DNA from: Marsupella aquatica
Lineage: Eukaryota; Plantae; Marchantiophyta
Assembly: GCA_973895155.1 (NCBI GenBank)
Contig: OZ316899.1
Coordinates: 7,877,241 to 7,941,240, forward strand
Direction: 5' to 3'
Length of the DNA stretch: 64,000 nt
Shown piece by piece: positions 60,780-64,000 of this stretch. The translations under genes were made by a program, and so were the position numbers. The notes below the pieces were generated by a model. It did not search any database. It was not told the origin of the DNA and saw only the letters and a list, made by a program, of their open reading frames with translations. Within the stretch, counting starts at the first letter, position 1. Every line of letters begins with the position of its first letter.

Positions 60780-62610
60780 AGGCATCACAACAGGCTATAA
60801 GCTGATTGCAAAGTTATTGGCATTAAGGCTAATTTGAGTCCTACCAAAGGTTATTAGCCCTCAACAAACAGGTTTCATTCCGGGGAGAAATATACTAGAG
60901 AACATTTCGCTGGTTTGGCTAATGTTTGACTGGGTGAAAAATAGGAAGGTTGAATCACTTTTCCTTAAGCTAGATTTTGAGAAAGCGTTTGATAGGGTAG
61001 ATCATAGCTATATATGGGAAACCATGCACTTGTTGGGGATAAGCGGAACGTTCATAAAACTAGTCAAGGCGCTATTACAATAGGCATCCTCATGGATTTA
61101 CGTGAATGGGCTGCTTTCCTCTGAGACTGGACTTTCGAGGGGAGTTTGGCAGGGCTGCCCTCTTTCACCTCTCTTATTTGTGATATCAACTCAGCCTTTA
61201 ATGGATTTTATGGATGCTGAGATTGAGGCAGGGCGTTTAGATGGCATTCAAGTCTCAACAGACTTGAGGATATGCTATAGATTCTTTGCTGACGACTTGG
61301 GGATGTTTATCCCAGCTAAGGAGAGAAGTTTGTAGAAAGCAACAACAGTACTGCAGTGTTACGAATTGACCACGGGGGCAAGACTGAATCTGCGTAAATG
61401 ATCTATAGTCATCCCGCTAGCAATGATGAGCATTCCAGCATGGTTGCAAGCCACTGGATGTGTGATTAGCAAGAAAGCAGAGTTAAAGAAATATCTGGGT
61501 GCACCTTTGGGGGTGGATCTGAAAATGGAACAACTGCACAGCTTTTGTTTGGATAAAATTGGGAAGAGGCTATCTTCTTGGTCGAACAAAATGCTTACTT
61601 TCACAGGACGTTCGCTTCTGATTAGGCACATACTTCAAGCAATTCCCATTTATCATACAATGTTTCTAAAGGCGTCTGCTGGTTTGGCTAGGAAAATGAC
61701 TGCACTGTGCAGGAATTTTTTATGGGGCTATAACAAGGAAGGGGGTAAGCGAGTTTTGCTTGTTTCCTGGGCACATCTTTCCCCAAGCTGGATGGCGGAG
61801 TGGGGTTTCAGGATTTCCGCAGTCACTCGGATGCGTTGCTATCAAAATGGTTTACCTATGCAATGGACTACCCAGATATGGAATGGGCCAAAATGTTTGC
61901 TGAAAATTTGAATCGGATTGGATGGACTAACTATAAAGAGATGCGGAGGAATGGGTATACCTTCCGGGACAAGATGGTACTTGGCTGTCCCGGGGCTCTC
62001 CACAGAATGGCATATACGGGGGATCTATGGAAGGCCTAGGAATTGTCGAGAACTAATCTGATTTTCTATCCCTCTGAGCGGATACTTGGTAGTGGTCGAT
62101 TTGTGATGTGCTCCGATGTTTAAAGGGAACGCAGGCATGGAGCACTTGTGACAGGGAAGCAGTGACGGTCCTTTGTGGACAACTGGGAATCAGGAGCACG
62201 CAAGATTTATGGTCAAGTGAAATGAATGGATGGCAAGGGCTGGCAGGACAGTGGTTATATCTACGTGGCTTCTCTGAGGAACACTTAACACTTGGACGCA
62301 GATTCATTGGACTGTTAGCAGACATCCCTAGCTATGAGTGGGGATAGAGCCTGGGCCGGAGAGCTGGTGTTGGGCTGACAACCCAACAGCTCTAAGGATG
62401 TTCAGAGTATCCAATAAGAGAGCATATCAGATGCTGAGAGATCGAGGAGGTGGGAGATTTACAGAGTTTAAACAGGACATGGGGAATTGCTAGCACGGGC
62501 GACGAATGGAGTGCAAGTTGGGCGGGGCTGTGGGGATCGGACTTCTCTATGAGGCTAAGACATTTATGTGGCGAGTAGTAGCATCTAGGCTCTTCACGGT
62601 GTCATGCCGA
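60780..62610 (+). mobile_element. 5'-truncated, decayed L1-clade LINE (RT through the zf-RVT region)
   Basis: YKLIAKLLALRL, SPQQTGFIPGRNI, LKLDFEKAFDRV, RGVWQGCPLSPLLF, FFADDLG, KYLGAPLG, NFLWG, KTFMWRV; several stops. Confidence 0.92.
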
Positions 62611-63469
62611 GGGACAGTGCCGCTTGTGCACATCGGCATGTCCCTCGCATGCCCGCTAGGTATGGTTAGGGCTAGTGTACTACTTGAGTTAGTGTCATGT
62701 TCTTGTAGCGAGTCTGGGCTGTTCTTGAAGCAAAAGAGGTTTGTTAGTGTGACGCCTGGACCCGGTCCTACTTAGGGCATGTTTTTCTTTGCCGTTCTTT
62801 AGTTCTTCTTGAATCGCTGTGAGACAGAGTTTTTCAGAGGCTGCTCGTCGGTTCCGTACACGGAATTCACACAGTGATTCGTTAGATGCTCCCGGCCGAT
62901 CTTGGCATCTCGCCGGTTTTCGATTCGATTTCAGTACGTTTGTTTCTATCACGCCTTTTATTCAAGAAGAACTGCCGAGTTAGCGGTGAGGAGAAGAAGA
63001 TTGCTCGTGACGATTTTGACAATTTTTGGGTGAAGCCATTGCAATTTCCTTGACGAACATTGGAGCGACGGAATGAAAGTTATGGGTTTATGTTGTTATG
63101 TGTATACTTAAGTGTATACACATATCAATGCTCCCGAGGAGGTCTGGAGTTCATTTTCTGGTTGCATCCGCGACCCCTTTGCTTCTTCTTATTGTCACTG
63201 CCGCTTGCTGCCTCGACTGCTTTTGGGGGCCGTTTTCGCATTCCCGGCCACAGCTGCCGGCGAGTTTGCCTCGGCCGCAGCGAGACGCCTGCATAGGGCC
63301 GTGTGCCCTGGTTTCGACACGCTTCCACCCCGGCCTCCTCTTTACGTTTTCGCCTTTGAAGGCCCCGTTTTCTTCTTTTTTTCTCGACCTCCTCCGCTTT
63401 GGTGTGCAGGCTGTGCATAGGGCATCGTGCCCTTGCCTCGCCCATTTCTAAGCAGCCAGAGGAAGGGAA

Positions 63470-63880
63470 AGGAGCGCCAGGAGAGGGCACGAGGCCCTAG
63501 GCAACTTTAAAGCAGAGGGGGAGGGGAGTACATTCAACTCCCTCTCTCGGGAGTCCTGCCAAGCACGAGGCCCTAGGCAATCAATTAAAGCAGGGGGAGG
63601 GGGAGAAGCGCAAGGAGAGGAGGGCACGAGGCCCTATGGAGGATTAAAGAGGGGGGGTTACATTCGACTCCTTTCCCCTGGAGTCCTTCTGCCACTCTGC
63701 CACTCTGCCAGGCACACAAGCATTCATTAAAGCAGGAGAGGAGGGGGAGCGAGAGTGCCAGGAGAGGGCACGAGGCCCTAATAAGTAACATTAAGGAGGG
63801 GAGGGGGAGTTAGTCGCTCCCTTCTCTTCGGGAGCACATGAGGAGCCAGGAGGGGGCGCGAAGCCCTATGCAGGGCCCGA
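63470..63880. repeat. Purine-rich degenerate tandem repeat (GGAGAGGGCACGAGGCCCTA...TTAAAGCAGGGG)
   Basis: Four to five imperfect copies visible. Confidence 0.75.
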
Positions 63881-64000
63881 GCCATTGATTGAGACCCCTT
63901 TTCTTTTCGTTTTTGGTCGCTGCGCGACCTGCAGCGCCCATGTTTTTCCAAATCACAGTGGTTTGTGCATAGGCCCTGGTCTTAATTGGGGCCCCATTTC

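Larger units (their letters stand above)
52604..64000. mobile_element. Putative Ty3/gypsy-derived segment carrying two extra ORFs; gag-pol is not in the window
   Basis: Starts TGTCACG (LTR-like) at an abrupt GC shift that truncates the MULE relic. The two long minus-strand ORFs are of the type found as extra ORFs in Athila/Tat-like elements. No second LTR or TSD is visible. Confidence 0.45.

Overview
This is repeat-rich eukaryotic DNA with spliceosomal introns, most consistent with heterochromatin of a non-flowering land plant (inferred from the TE families; the organism cannot be identified). I see no ordinary host gene, tRNA, rRNA or CRISPR array; the window is a nest of mostly decayed transposable elements. 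(1) <1-11703: a large DNA transposon ending in a CACTAGTAGAAAC terminus. It carries two divergent genes: a DDE transposase pseudogene with three tandem En/Spm Tnp1-like domains (+, 6228-10005), and a 3-exon cargo gene (-, 4368 to <1). The cargo protein (>1100 aa) fuses a ParB/Srx-like domain to a beta-class N4C/N6A DNA methyltransferase-like domain, which the ORF track misses because the frame runs off the window. The introns of the cargo gene and a probable 5' intron of the transposase hold arrays of a quasi-palindromic 27-bp repeat family. This is the best candidate for an undescribed system. (2) 12521-19836: a Naiad/Chlamys-type Penelope-like retroelement with 1.57-kb direct repeats, inserted in (GA)n, with a separate unknown ORF1 and no visible GIY-YIG endonuclease. 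(3) ~24977-45145: a second DDE transposase pseudogene cut by two insertions, plus a convergent RING-finger gene whose intron holds a MITE into which a complete Bianca-lineage Ty1/copia element inserted (37525-43354, TSD AATGT). (4) ~46800-52600: a MULE-like transposase relic, a possible accessory gene and a MITE. (5) 52604-64000: a putative Ty3/gypsy-derived segment with two paralogous coiled-coil extra ORFs, interrupted by an L1-type LINE fragment.
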